From: Dehalococcoidia bacterium | GTDB lineage: Bacteria; Chloroflexota; Dehalococcoidia; UBA2979 | DNA: 64,000 nt | Direction of reading: 5' to 3' | Assembly (NCBI GenBank): GCA_964291495.2 | Contig: OZ219872.1 | Location: 320,001-384,000, forward strand | Part shown: one piece after another, positions 18,823-28,182 of the stretch | Numbering within the stretch: the stretch's first letter is position 1 | Layout of the letters: every line of letters begins with the position of its first letter | Made by a program: the position numbers and the translations under genes | Notes under the pieces: model-generated | Databases searched by the model: none | Told to the model about the DNA's origin: nothing | What the model saw: the letters and a program-made list of their open reading frames with translations, nothing else

Positions 18823-19868
18823 GCACCGCGCACGAGGCCCCGGGCACGCCCATGCAGTTCGGTCTGTTCCTGAACAACGGCATCTTCGAGGGCGTCGATG
18901 ACGCCGGGGCGCTCGCGCTCACCGTCGAGACCGCGGACCTTGCCGAGGAGCTCGGCTACCACGAGTTGTGGGTGACGGAGCATCACTTCATCGAGTACGG
19001 CGTATGCCCCTCGGCGATCACGCTGGCCGGGTTCCTGCTCGGGCGAACGAGCCGCATCCGTGTCGGCACGGCGGTCACGCTGGCGCCGCTGGTCCATCCG
19101 GTGGCGCTCGCCGAGCAGACGGCGCTCAACGACCAGCTCAGCGGCGGTCGCTTCGACCTCGGGCTGGGACGCGGTGGCTACGAGCTCGACTACAAGGTCT
19201 TCGGCGTCTCGCCGATGCGCTGGACAACGGAGATCGAGGCGACGCTCGATGCCGTGATCGACGCGCTGTCGAATGACGAAACGCGCAGCACCAACGGCTT
19301 CTTCCCCTACGACACGGTCGCCGTCCGCCCGCGAACGCGCACCCGCCCACACCCGCCGATCTACGTCGCCACGACCACGCCCGGCTCGCTGAAGGCGGCG
19401 GCGCGAAAGCGGCTTCCGCTTCAGTTCTACCACCATCTCCCCGCGGCCGAGGCGCGCGCCGAGATCGCCAGCCAGTACCGCGGCTTCGCCGAGGAGGCCG
19501 GCTGGGATGGCGCCGCCGACCACCTCCACACCGTGATCTGCTTCGTAGACGACGACGAGGCGTCCGCGCGCGAGCGACTGACCGAGGGGTTGGTTCATTC
19601 CTGGAGCAAGGGCATGCACCCGGGTCTCTACCGGCGCGAAGCGCCGGTCGGAGAGCCCGAGGAACGCGCCGCCCGGATCGTCAACCAGAGCCCCGTTGGC
19701 CCGCCGGACCTCGTTGCCGGCTGGCTCGAGGAGTTCTCCCGGGCCACGGGCGCCACAAAGTTCGGGCTCTACATGGAGGCCGACGGGAACCCGGCGCGGG
19801 TGCTCACCTCGGTGCGGCGGTTCGCCGAGGAAGTGATGCCGCGCCTGCGCGGCCAGGCGCCGCGCTAG
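18819..19868 (+). CDS. LLM-class (luciferase-like) flavin-dependent oxidoreductase
   Basis: AEELGY..LWVTEHHF, TSRIRVGTAV, SGGRFDLGLGRG, PHPPIY, FAEEVMP. Confidence 0.93.
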   Translation: MSTAHEAPGTPMQFGLFLNNGIFEGVDDAGALALTVETADLAEELGYHELWVTEHHFIEYGVCPSAITLAGFLLGRTSRIRVGTAVTLAPLVHPVALAEQTALNDQLSGGRFDLGLGRGGYELDYKVFGVSPMRWTTEIEATLDAVIDALSNDETRSTNGFFPYDTVAVRPRTRTRPHPPIYVATTTPGSLKAAARKRLPLQFYHHLPAAEARAEIASQYRGFAEEAGWDGAADHLHTVICFVDDDEASARERLTEGLVHSWSKGMHPGLYRREAPVGEPEERAARIVNQSPVGPPDLVAGWLEEFSRATGATKFGLYMEADGNPARVLTSVRRFAEEVMPRLRGQAPR

Positions 19869-19870
19869 CG

Positions 19871-20150
19871 TGTCCTATTCCCGAGTAGCTGCGACAGGTG
19901 CCGGGCTTCTGAGATTGGGGCCAGGCGGTACATCCTGCTGTGTGTCCAAGCACAGGAAAGAGATCCGCCGTGACCCCTGACGACCGACTGTACCGCTTCC
20001 GCCAGCGCACGCTCGCACTCGCCGAGGAACCGGGCAACGTCCGCGCCGCCTGCCGGGTGATGGACATCCATCCCTCGACCTTCTACCGCTGGCGCAGGGA
20101 CGCCGAGCGCTACGGGCTGGAGCTGCTGCGTCCCCGCGAGCGCCGCCGCC
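19871..20150 (+). mobile_element. Truncated IS481-family element (left end plus transposase N-terminus)
   Basis: Begins TGT...; ORF from GTG 19970 MTPDDRLYRFRQRTLALAEEPGNVRAACRVMDIHPSTFYRWRR..ERYGLELLRPRERRRP is an HTH typical of IS481 transposases; cut at repeat copy 2. Confidence 0.75.
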
Positions 20151-20325
20151 CGCCACCGACGAGGACCTCGAGCGTGAGATTCCGGCCCGCAACGGCAGCG
20201 AGAGCGTCGGCGAGGCGATCTCGCTGCACATGATGGGCCACTTCAACGGCCACCGCGGGGAGATCAACCTCCTCCGCGGCATGCAGGGGATGCCCACCGT
20301 CATGGCCGCCCAGGGCACCCACTAG
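20151..20325 (+). repeat. Direct repeat copy 2 (displaced 3' fragment of the DinB-family gene)
   Basis: 173/175 identity with 11197-11371; ends at the same TAG. Confidence 0.97.
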
Positions 20326-20409
20326 CGCCGACCGGATCTCCGTCGGGGTGGTGGCGGCACGCCCGCCGCATGCGGCGCGTGCCATAGTCCGTCGCCTTAT
20401 GTCTGGTGA

Positions 20410-20484
20410 TGGCACCCTCGGCAGGATTCGAACCTGCGCACCCGGCTCCGGAGGCCGGTGCTCTATCCCCTGAGCTACGAGGGC
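20410..20484 (-). tRNA. tRNA-Arg(CCG)
   Basis: Reverse complement GCCCTCGTAGCTCAGGGGATAGAGCACCGGCCTCCGGAGCCGGGTGCGCAGGTTCGAATCCTGCCGAGGGTGCCA; anticodon CCG. Confidence 0.97.
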
Positions 20485-20530
20485 GCGCCGATCAGTGTAG
20501 GGAGCGCGCTTCGCCGACGGCAAGCGCGCG

Positions 20531-21670
20531 CTATGTCTCGGCCGCCGCCACGTCGGCGAAGAACGCCGCGACATCCTCCGCGAACAGCCGCGGCTGCTCC
20601 AGCGCCGCGAAGTGGCCGCCGCGCTCCGGCTCGCTCCAGCGCACGAGGTTGAACGATCGCTCGACGAGCGGGCGGGGCGCCGTCCACGGCTCGCCGCGGA
20701 AGCGCGCGAACGCCATCGGCGCGGGCGGGGCGGACGCCGCACGGAACGGCGGCGACTCGCGACGGCTCTCGAAGTAGGTGCGCGCCGCGGACAGTGCGCT
20801 GCCGGTCAGCCAGTAGAGCGTGACGTTCGCCAGGACCGCATCGCGATCGAAGATCTCCCAGAGCTCGCCCCCCTCGCTCCACGCCTCGAACTTCTCGAGG
20901 ATCCAGGCGAGCAAGCCGACCGGCGAGTCGTTGAGCGAGTAGGCGAGAGTCTGCGGCTTCGTGCCCTGGATGTGGCCGTAGGCGCCCTCGAGGTCACGCC
21001 ACTCCGCCATCTGCTCGCGCCACGCAGCCTCCTCCTCGGAGAACTCCTCGCCCGGCCCTCGCTGCACAAGCCCTGCAGGGAAGTTGAGGTGTAGCCCGAT
21101 CACGGCCTGCGGCTGCTGGTGCGCCAGCCGCGCCCCGACGATCGAGCCCCAGTCGCCGCCCTGCACGCCGTAACGCTCGTGGCCGAGCTCCGTCATCAGC
21201 GCGTGCATGCGCTCCGCGATCCGGCCCGGGTGCATCCCCGGCTCGCGGGCCGCCTCCGAGAACCCGTAGCCGGGCAGCGAGGGCACGACGACCTCGAAGG
21301 CCGGCGCATCGCCGACGCCGTCCGCGAGCAGCTCCGCCGCTGGCAGCAGCTCGATGAACGAGCCCGGCCAGCCGTGCAACAGCAGCAGCGGTACACGCCC
21401 TTCGCCTGCTCCGAGGACGACGCAGTGCAGCGCCTCGGCGTCGCCGACGGGGCCGCGCAGGTGCGTGAAGCGGTTGAGCGAGTCCTGCACCTCGAACCAG
21501 TCGAACTCCTCGCGCCAGTAGCGCACGAGGTCGCGCAGCACGCCGTCGTCGGTGCCGGCGGACCAGCCGGTGGCGAAGGGAATCGAGGGCCAGCGTGTCT
21601 CGTCGATGCGGCGGTGGAGGTCCGCGACCGCGTCCTCGCCGAAGTCGATGCGGAAGGGTTGCAGCGCCAT
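20531..21670 (-). CDS. Epoxide hydrolase (alpha/beta fold, EHN-type)
   Basis: LLLHGWPGS, PSLPGYGFS, QGGDWG, DSPVGLLAWI.EKF, GGHFAALEQP. Confidence 0.93.
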   Translation of the reverse strand: MALQPFRIDFGEDAVADLHRRIDETRWPSIPFATGWSAGTDDGVLRDLVRYWREEFDWFEVQDSLNRFTHLRGPVGDAEALHCVVLGAGEGRVPLLLLHGWPGSFIELLPAAELLADGVGDAPAFEVVVPSLPGYGFSEAAREPGMHPGRIAERMHALMTELGHERYGVQGGDWGSIVGARLAHQQPQAVIGLHLNFPAGLVQRGPGEEFSEEEAAWREQMAEWRDLEGAYGHIQGTKPQTLAYSLNDSPVGLLAWILEKFEAWSEGGELWEIFDRDAVLANVTLYWLTGSALSAARTYFESRRESPPFRAASAPPAPMAFARFRGEPWTAPRPLVERSFNLVRWSEPERGGHFAALEQPRLFAEDVAAFFADVAAAET

Positions 21671-21684
21671 GGGCGCAGTATCGC

Positions 21685-23214
21685 CTACTCGCGCCCCCTG
21701 CGCCGGTACTGGATCGCCTCGGCGAGGTGCGCCGACGAGATCTCGTCGGCGCCCTCGAGGTCGGCGATGGTGCGGGCGACGCGCAGCACGCGGTGGAAGG
21801 CGCGCGCGGAGAGACCGATCTGCTCCATCGCGGCCGCGAGCAGCGGCTCGGCCCCCGCCTCGAGGCGCTGCTGGCAGAGGCGGCGCACCTCCTGCGGACC
21901 CATCTCCGCATTCGTCAGCGCGTCGCCGGGCGCGTGGTTCCCGGCGGCGAGCCGTTCGCGCTGCCTCGCTCGCGCCGCCTCGACGCGCTCGCGCACCTCG
22001 GCGCTCGACTCGCCCGAGGGCGCGCGCGTCAGGTCGTCGTACTCGACGCGCGGCACGTCGACGAAGAGATCGAAGCGGTCGAGCAGCGGCCCGGAGACGC
22101 GGCGCTGGTAGCGCGAGACGGTGGCCTCCGGGCAGGCACAGGAGCGGCGGCTGTCGCCGTAGTAGCCGCAGGGGCAGGGGTTCATCGCCGCGACGAGCAG
22201 GATGCGCGCGGGGAAGCTGACCGAGCCGCGCACGCGCGAGATCGTGACCGAGCCCGCCTCGAGCGGCTCGCGCAACGCCTCGAGGGCGCTCCCGGGGTAC
22301 TCCGGGAACTCGTCGAGGAAGAGCACGCCGCGGTGCGCCAGCGAGATCTCGCCCGGCCGGATCACGCTGCCGCCGCCCACGAGACCGGCGTGAGAGATGG
22401 TGTGGTGCGGGGCGCGGAAGGGCCGCTGGCGGATGAAGGGGCGGTCCCGGCCCATCATGCCGGCGACGGAGTAGATCTTCGTGACCTCGAGGGCCTCGGC
22501 GGCGGTCAGCTCCGGGAGCAGGCCTGGCACGCAGCGGGCCAGCAGCGTCTTTCCGGAGCCGGGCGGGCCTTGCAGCATGACGTTGTGCCCGCCCGCGGCG
22601 GCGACCTCGAGCGCGCGCTTGACGTGCTCCTGCCCGTGGACTGCCGCGAGGTCGAAGGCAGGCTTGGGAAGCTCGTCCGGCTCGCCGTCGCCGTCCTCGC
22701 AGGCCCAGCCGTCCGGCTCGGCGCGCACGTCGGCGAGGCTGGCGAGGCCGCGCACGTCCACCAGCTCGGCGAGCCGCGCCTCGGCGACGTCGTCGGGCGG
22801 CACCACGGCCGTGCCGATGCCCTCGTCGGCGCACATCGAGACGAGCGGAAGCACGCCGCTGACGTGACGCAGGCGGCCGTCGAGCGAGAGCTCGCCGAGC
22901 AGCGCCATCTCCTCGAAGCGGTCGGGCACCTGGTGCGAGGCGACGAGGATCGCGACCGCGATCGGCAGGTCGTAGAGCGGGCCCTGCTTGCGCACGTCAG
23001 CGGGGGCGAGGTTGACGGTGATGCGGCGCAGCGGGAACTCGAAGCCCGCGTTGCGGATCGCCGCCCGCACGCGCTCCTTCGCCTCCTGCACCGCGGTGTC
23101 GGGCAACCCCACGATCTGGAACGCGGGCAAGCCGCTCCCGATGTCCACCTCGACGTCGACGGGGATGCCGTCGATGCCCACTACTGCTCCGCTGCGAACC
23201 TTTGCGAGTGCCAT
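21685..23214 (-). CDS. comM: YifB/ComM Mg-chelatase-like AAA+ ATPase
   Basis: GLPD.AV.E...RV, NLAPAD, GPPGSGKT, RAPHH, PGEISLAHRGVLFLDE, NPCPCG, LSAR. Confidence 0.93.
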   Translation of the reverse strand: MALAKVRSGAVVGIDGIPVDVEVDIGSGLPAFQIVGLPDTAVQEAKERVRAAIRNAGFEFPLRRITVNLAPADVRKQGPLYDLPIAVAILVASHQVPDRFEEMALLGELSLDGRLRHVSGVLPLVSMCADEGIGTAVVPPDDVAEARLAELVDVRGLASLADVRAEPDGWACEDGDGEPDELPKPAFDLAAVHGQEHVKRALEVAAAGGHNVMLQGPPGSGKTLLARCVPGLLPELTAAEALEVTKIYSVAGMMGRDRPFIRQRPFRAPHHTISHAGLVGGGSVIRPGEISLAHRGVLFLDEFPEYPGSALEALREPLEAGSVTISRVRGSVSFPARILLVAAMNPCPCGYYGDSRRSCACPEATVSRYQRRVSGPLLDRFDLFVDVPRVEYDDLTRAPSGESSAEVRERVEAARARQRERLAAGNHAPGDALTNAEMGPQEVRRLCQQRLEAGAEPLLAAAMEQIGLSARAFHRVLRVARTIADLEGADEISSAHLAEAIQYRRRGRE

Positions 23215-23225
23215 GTGCAGGTTGT

Positions 23226-23239
23226 AGCACACACGTTCG
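23226..23239 (-). promoter_or_regulatory. Putative LexA box upstream of comM/yifB
   Basis: CGAAC-GTGT-GTGCT (one mismatch to GAAC-N4-GTTC) between TTGCCA and TACAAC promoter-like hexamers. Confidence 0.6.
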
Positions 23240-23274
23240 CTTTGTGGCAACCCCGTGTCAGGACGGAGCCGCGC

Positions 23275-25470
23275 TCAGCCCTCGGAACGGGTGACGGAGA
23301 CGACACCGCGCACGCTGTCGAGGCGGCTCATCAGGCGCGAGACCTGGGCGCGACCCTCTGTCTCGAGGGTGAGGTGGACCGTGGTCATGCGGTCATCGTG
23401 CTCCGTGCGGACCGCGACCATGTTCACCCGCTCGGCCGCCACCAGCGTGCTGATGTCCCGCAGCAGCCCGACGCGATCCCAGGCGTGGACCTCGACGGCG
23501 GCGGCGTAGAGCTCGCCCTCGCGGCCCCAGTCGCACTCGACGAAGCGCTGCGGCTCGGCGCCGCTGCGCGTGTTGTGACAGTCGCGGCGGTGCACCGTGA
23601 CGCCTCGGGAGCGCGTGATGTAGCCGATGATGTCGTCGCCCGGCAGGGGCCCGCAGCAGCGCGCGAGCGTGACGTGCAGTCCCGCGGAGCCGAGCACGCG
23701 CACGTTCGGCGGCCCCCGCCGCACCGAGGGGGCGCGCGTGCTGATCTCGGGCTGCTCGGGCAACTGATCGGCGATCTTCTGGCCGAGCGCCTGCAGCGAG
23801 ACGTCTCCGTAGCCGATCGCGGCGAGCATGTCCTCGAAGGACTCGTAGTGGAACTCGCGGTGGAGGTCGTCCGGAACCTCAGCGATGCCCATGCGCCTGC
23901 GCTCGCGCTCCAGCAGCTCGCGGCCCTTGGCGACGTTCTCGCCGCGCCTCTGCCGCCGGAACCACTGCCGCACCTTCTGGCGCGCCAGGCTCGACCCGAG
24001 GTAGCCGAGCTCCGGATTGAGCCAGTCGCGCGACGGCCCCCCGTCTCGCCGGCCGCGCACGATCTCGATCACGTCACCGTTCTGCAGCTTCGTGCTCAGC
24101 GCCACCAACCGCCCGTTGACCCTCGCGCCGGTGCAGTGGTGGCCGAGGTCCGTGTGAATGCGGTAGGCGAAGTCGATCGGGGTCGAGCCGGCCGGCAGCA
24201 CCCGCACATCCCCCCGAGGCGTGAAGACGAAGACCTGGTCGCGGAAGACGTCCGTCTTCACCGAGTCGAGGAAGTCCTCGGTGCCCGAGGCTTCCTGCTG
24301 CCACTCGATGAGGTGGCGCAGCCAGGCCATGCGCTCCTCGTACTGTCGGTCGCGCGCGCTGGCGTGCTCCTTGTAGGCCCAGTGGGCGGCGACGCCGTAC
24401 TCGGCGACCTCGTGCATCTCCCGGGTGCGGATCTGCACCTCGAATGGGCGCGCCCCGGGACCGAGCACGCTGGTATGCAGCGACTGGTACATCGACTCCT
24501 TGGGGTTGCCGATGTAGTCGTCGAAGCTGTTCGGGATCGGGTGCCAGGTCTGGTGGACGACACCGAGCGCGTGGTAGCACTCGGCGACCGAATCGACGAG
24601 GACGCGCACGGCGAGCAGGTCGTGGATCTGGTCGAAGGATTTCCCCTCGGCCGCGTAGCGCAGCATCTTCTCGTGGATCGAGTAGAGGTGCTTCACTCGC
24701 CCCATCACCTCGGCCTCGATGCCCGCCTCCTCGAGCGACTCGCGCAGGCCGCGCTCGACCCGGCGCAGGAAGCGCTCGCGCTCCGTCCGCCGCGAGGCGA
24801 GCGTGGAGGCGACGCGGCGGTAGTGCTCCGGCTCGAGCACGCGGAACGCGAGGTCCTCGAGCTGCCACTTCATCTGCCAGATCCCGAGCCGGCTCGCGAG
24901 CGGGGCGTAGATGTCCATGGTCTCGCGCGCGATCGCCTGTTGCCGATCCGGATCGAGGAACTGGATCGTCTGCATGTTGTGCAGCCGGTCGGCGATCTTG
25001 ACGATGACGACGCGCACGTCCTCCGCCATCGCCACCAGCATCTTGCGGAGCGTCTCGGCGTCCTCGGCGCTCTTGCGCGCGCCCAGCGCGACGCCCGCCG
25101 AGGGCAGGTGCTCGATCTTCGTCGCGCCTTCGACGAGGCTGACAACCTCGGCGCCGAAGCGCTGTCCCAGCTCGCGGGCGCTCACGCCGCAGTCCTCGAT
25201 CACGTCGTGCAGCAGCGCCGCTTGGACGGTGTGCACGTCCATGTTCAACCCCGCCACGAGACGGGCGACGGACACCGGGTGGACGATGTAGGGATCGCCG
25301 GACTTGCGCAGCTGGCCCTCGTGGCACTCGGCGGCGTAGGCGTAAGCCTCGCGCGCGGCCTCGACGCGGTCGTCCGGGAGGTAGTCGCGGAGCGCGTCGA
25401 GCAACTCGGCCGAGCCGTCCGGCTGTGCGCGAACCGCGATGCCCTGCTCGCTGCGCCCGTTCCCGGTCAT
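23275..25470 (-). CDS. relA: Bifunctional (p)ppGpp synthetase/hydrolase Rel/SpoT
   Basis: H.GQ.RKSGDPYI.HP, LLHDVIED, KIADRLHNM, YQSLHT, EVQIRT, TGS and ACT domains. Confidence 0.97.
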   Translation of the reverse strand: MTGNGRSEQGIAVRAQPDGSAELLDALRDYLPDDRVEAAREAYAYAAECHEGQLRKSGDPYIVHPVSVARLVAGLNMDVHTVQAALLHDVIEDCGVSARELGQRFGAEVVSLVEGATKIEHLPSAGVALGARKSAEDAETLRKMLVAMAEDVRVVIVKIADRLHNMQTIQFLDPDRQQAIARETMDIYAPLASRLGIWQMKWQLEDLAFRVLEPEHYRRVASTLASRRTERERFLRRVERGLRESLEEAGIEAEVMGRVKHLYSIHEKMLRYAAEGKSFDQIHDLLAVRVLVDSVAECYHALGVVHQTWHPIPNSFDDYIGNPKESMYQSLHTSVLGPGARPFEVQIRTREMHEVAEYGVAAHWAYKEHASARDRQYEERMAWLRHLIEWQQEASGTEDFLDSVKTDVFRDQVFVFTPRGDVRVLPAGSTPIDFAYRIHTDLGHHCTGARVNGRLVALSTKLQNGDVIEIVRGRRDGGPSRDWLNPELGYLGSSLARQKVRQWFRRQRRGENVAKGRELLERERRRMGIAEVPDDLHREFHYESFEDMLAAIGYGDVSLQALGQKIADQLPEQPEISTRAPSVRRGPPNVRVLGSAGLHVTLARCCGPLPGDDIIGYITRSRGVTVHRRDCHNTRSGAEPQRFVECDWGREGELYAAAVEVHAWDRVGLLRDISTLVAAERVNMVAVRTEHDDRMTTVHLTLETEGRAQVSRLMSRLDSVRGVVSVTRSEG

Positions 25471-25598
25471 GGGCTCTGAGCGTATGCCCTGCGCGGCATC
25501 GCCGCAACGCTTGTCATCGCGGCGAGCGCCCGGCGCACTGCGCCAGCGGCGGCGAGGCCGTAGGCTGGAAAGCGGTGGACCGCGCCTCGGAGGGAACG

Positions 25599-26876
25599 AT
25601 GGCGGACCTGCAGGCGCCGCGCGGCATGAGCGACCTGTTGCCGGAGGACGAGGCGCAGTGGCGCTTCGTCCGCGACACCACGGAGCGCGTCGCGGGACTG
25701 TTCGGCTACTCGCTGATCGCCACGCCGATCGTCGAGGACGTGCGCGTCTTCTCGCGCACCTCCGGCGACGAGAGCGACATCGTCTCGAAGGAGATGTACG
25801 TCTTCCAGGACCGCGGCGGGGGCGAGCTGGCGCTGCGGCCCGAGGGCACCGCGTCCGTCTGCCGCGCCTACCTCGAGCACGGCATGGCGAGCCGTCCGCA
25901 GCCGGTGCGCCTCTACTACTTCGGCCCGATGTTCCGCTACGACCGCCCGCAGGCGGGCCGTTACCGCCAGCTCTGGCAGCTCGGCGCGGAGTGCATCGGC
26001 GACGCCTCTCCCGCCGCCGACGCCGAGGTGATCGAGCTGCAGCACGCGATCTTCCGAGAGCTCGGGCTCGATGGCCTCGTGCTGCGCATCAACTCGATCG
26101 GCACGGCGGAGACGCGGCGCGGCTACATCGCGCACCTGCGCGAACACCTGCGCCCGCACCTCGACACGCTCTCCCACGACGCGCAGCGGCGCTTCGAGAC
26201 GAACCCGCTGCGCATCCTCGACTCGAAGGAGGACGCCGCCCACGAGGCCGTGCGCGAGGCGCCGAGCATCCTCGACCACCTCTCCGCCGAGGACGCCGAG
26301 CACTTCGCGACCGTCCGCTCCCTGCTCGACGCCGCCGGGGTCGCCTACGAGGTCGCACCCCGCATCGTGCGCGGCCTCGACTACTACGCGCGCACGGTCT
26401 GGGAGTTCGAGCCGCCCCCGGAGGACGGCACGGAGTCCGGCGGACAGTCGACGGTGGGCGCGGGCGGGCGCTACGACGGCCTGATCGAGCTGCTCGGCGG
26501 CCCGTCCACGCCCGGCACGGGCTTCGCGACGGGCATCGAGCGCACGCTGCTCAACATGCACGAGCGCGGCATCGAGGCGCCCTCGGCAGCCGCAGTCGAT
26601 GTCGCGACGGTCCCGCTCGGCGAGCTCGGCCCGGCGGCGGCGCTGCGCCTCGCGCAGGCGCTGCGGGCGGCGGGCTTCGCCGTCCGCGCCGGCGTCCCCG
26701 GCCGCTCCCTCCGCGCGCAGCTGCGAGGCGCGAACGCCTCGGGCGCGCGCTTCGCCGCCATCGTCGGCGACGACGAGGCCGCCCGCGGCGTCGTCCAGCT
26801 CAAGCCCCTCACGGGCGACGGCGACCAGTTCGAGGTCGCGGTCGGGGACGCGGCGGCGGCGGTGCGGGGGGAGTAG
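25599..26876 (+). CDS. hisS: Histidyl-tRNA synthetase
   Basis: LRPEGTA, FRYDRPQAGRYRQ, VRGLDYY, GGRYDGL, GIER. Confidence 0.97.
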   Translation: MADLQAPRGMSDLLPEDEAQWRFVRDTTERVAGLFGYSLIATPIVEDVRVFSRTSGDESDIVSKEMYVFQDRGGGELALRPEGTASVCRAYLEHGMASRPQPVRLYYFGPMFRYDRPQAGRYRQLWQLGAECIGDASPAADAEVIELQHAIFRELGLDGLVLRINSIGTAETRRGYIAHLREHLRPHLDTLSHDAQRRFETNPLRILDSKEDAAHEAVREAPSILDHLSAEDAEHFATVRSLLDAAGVAYEVAPRIVRGLDYYARTVWEFEPPPEDGTESGGQSTVGAGGRYDGLIELLGGPSTPGTGFATGIERTLLNMHERGIEAPSAAAVDVATVPLGELGPAAALRLAQALRAAGFAVRAGVPGRSLRAQLRGANASGARFAAIVGDDEAARGVVQLKPLTGDGDQFEVAVGDAAAAVRGE

Positions 26877-26880
26877 GGCG

Positions 26881-27753
26881 TCAGCGGCAGCACCCAGGGG
26901 TAGTGTTATCCGCCTTCGAGAGTTGTTCGAGGAACAGCAGTTGGCCCGCATAGCCCGCGTGCTTGCCGAACTGACCTCGGACCCACTGCATCAGTTGCGC
27001 GTTCTTCGCTCCTGCTGTGTATCTCTGCTCGTAGTGCTCCTTCAGGCCGTTCTCGATATGCCTATCCACGGGGAACGCCTCGTCCATCCCGAGTGAGAAG
27101 AGGCAAACGCAGTCAGCGATCTTCGGGCCGATGCCCTCGTAGCTCATCAGCCCACCCCTGACGAGCCTGTACGGCAGACGGGTGAGGGCCTCGAGGTCCA
27201 GGCTGCCTCCATCCACGTCCCTGGCGAATGCGAGGATTCGCTTCTCGCGGCTCAGCCCCAATCGCATCGGCTCCAACTCTTGCTCGTCGACCTTCGCCAG
27301 ACGCTCAGCCGACGGGAACGAGTCGCAGTTCACGCCATCGAGGGTGTGGGGCTCGCCGTAGCACTCCGCGAGCGTGTTCACAATCTCGGTGATGCGCTTG
27401 ACGCTGTTGTTCTGGGAGCAGATGTAGGCGACGAGGCACTCCCACGGATCCTGCCGCAGGATGCGCATGCCGCCATACTCGTCGACTAACCCTCGCAACT
27501 TGTCGTCCTCGCGCAGCGCGTTGTGGACCGCCGCGATGTCCTGGTCGAGGCGGAAGTAGTGCCGGACGGCAGCAGCCAGCGACTCCTCGGCTGGTTTGCT
27601 GCGGAACTCGATCCCGCCTTCGCAGTTGCGCACCTTGATCAGGCGGCCCCCGACGAAGCCGTAGTACCAGCCGTCCCGTTCACACCAGCGGAAGGCCTGT
27701 GCCTGGAGCCACCTGAGGTCGAGTTCGAATGGCTGCGGGGCGGGCAAGTGCAA
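26881..27753 (-). CDS. 8-oxoguanine DNA glycosylase (OGG1-like, HhH-GPD)
   Basis: G.RILRQDPWECL..YI.SQNN, GIGPKIADCV.LFSL....FPVD.H with catalytic K/D; GGAGG RBS before TTG. Confidence 0.9.
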   Translation of the reverse strand: MHLPAPQPFELDLRWLQAQAFRWCERDGWYYGFVGGRLIKVRNCEGGIEFRSKPAEESLAAAVRHYFRLDQDIAAVHNALREDDKLRGLVDEYGGMRILRQDPWECLVAYICSQNNSVKRITEIVNTLAECYGEPHTLDGVNCDSFPSAERLAKVDEQELEPMRLGLSREKRILAFARDVDGGSLDLEALTRLPYRLVRGGLMSYEGIGPKIADCVCLFSLGMDEAFPVDRHIENGLKEHYEQRYTAGAKNAQLMQWVRGQFGKHAGYAGQLLFLEQLSKADNTTPGCCR

Positions 27754-27813
27754 GGCGCTCCTCCTTCCATTCGAGCGAGCGCCCCGACCGGGCTCCCGCT
27801 CGCGACCCCTCGC

Positions 27814-28182
27814 TCAGTCGATCGGGGTCAGCCAGTGCTCGCCCTCGATCTCAACGCCGGATATCAGGAGAGCGTCGAGCGCGTTCACGAGGCGGCCGCC
27901 TGCTCGGATACCGGAACGGGTGCGGAGCCAGGTCTGGTCATCCGTGAAGATGCACGCCGGGTACAGGCGACCGGCTCGCAACTCTGCCTGGGCCATGGGG
28001 CGAAAGTCCTTGGCGTTCTCGGTGACGACCACTCGGCCCTCGGCCACGGCCGCCGCCAGGACCACGGCGTCAGGCCGGGTTCGGAGGTCGTGGCGTTCCG
28101 CGACCGAAATCACGTCATGCCCGCGCTCGCGCAGGGCCTGAGCGACAAACCGAGGCCACATCTCGTCGATGAGCAGCCTCAA
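27814..28182 (-). CDS. DUF5615 PIN-like toxin (VapC45-like)
   Basis: MRLLIDE, GHDV, D..VL..A..EGRVVVTEN.KDF. Confidence 0.85.
   Translation of the reverse strand: MRLLIDEMWPRFVAQALRERGHDVISVAERHDLRTRPDAVVLAAAVAEGRVVVTENAKDFRPMAQAELRAGRLYPACIFTDDQTWLRTRSGIRAGGRLVNALDALLISGVEIEGEHWLTPID

Larger units (their letters stand above)
11372..20150. mobile_element. ~8.8-kb genomic island between direct repeats
   Basis: Flanked by 175-bp repeats, carries an IS481 remnant, adjacent to tRNA-Arg 3' end; no integrase seen. Confidence 0.75.

Noticed and set aside
19940-20233. IS481-DinB fusion protein
   Set aside because: The transposase frame is out of frame with the DinB fragment; a junction by-product
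20531-22834. Apparent 767-aa extended epoxide hydrolase (likewise extended nuoN, recR, dnaX, ybeY, nuoJ and polyprenyl synthase ORFs)
   Set aside because: N-terminal extensions are Arg/Ala/Gly-rich off-frame reads of upstream genes; true starts are internal
21595-25479. 1294-aa + strand ORF
   Set aside because: Antisense shadow of comM and relA caused by high-GC codon bias; no recognisable motifs
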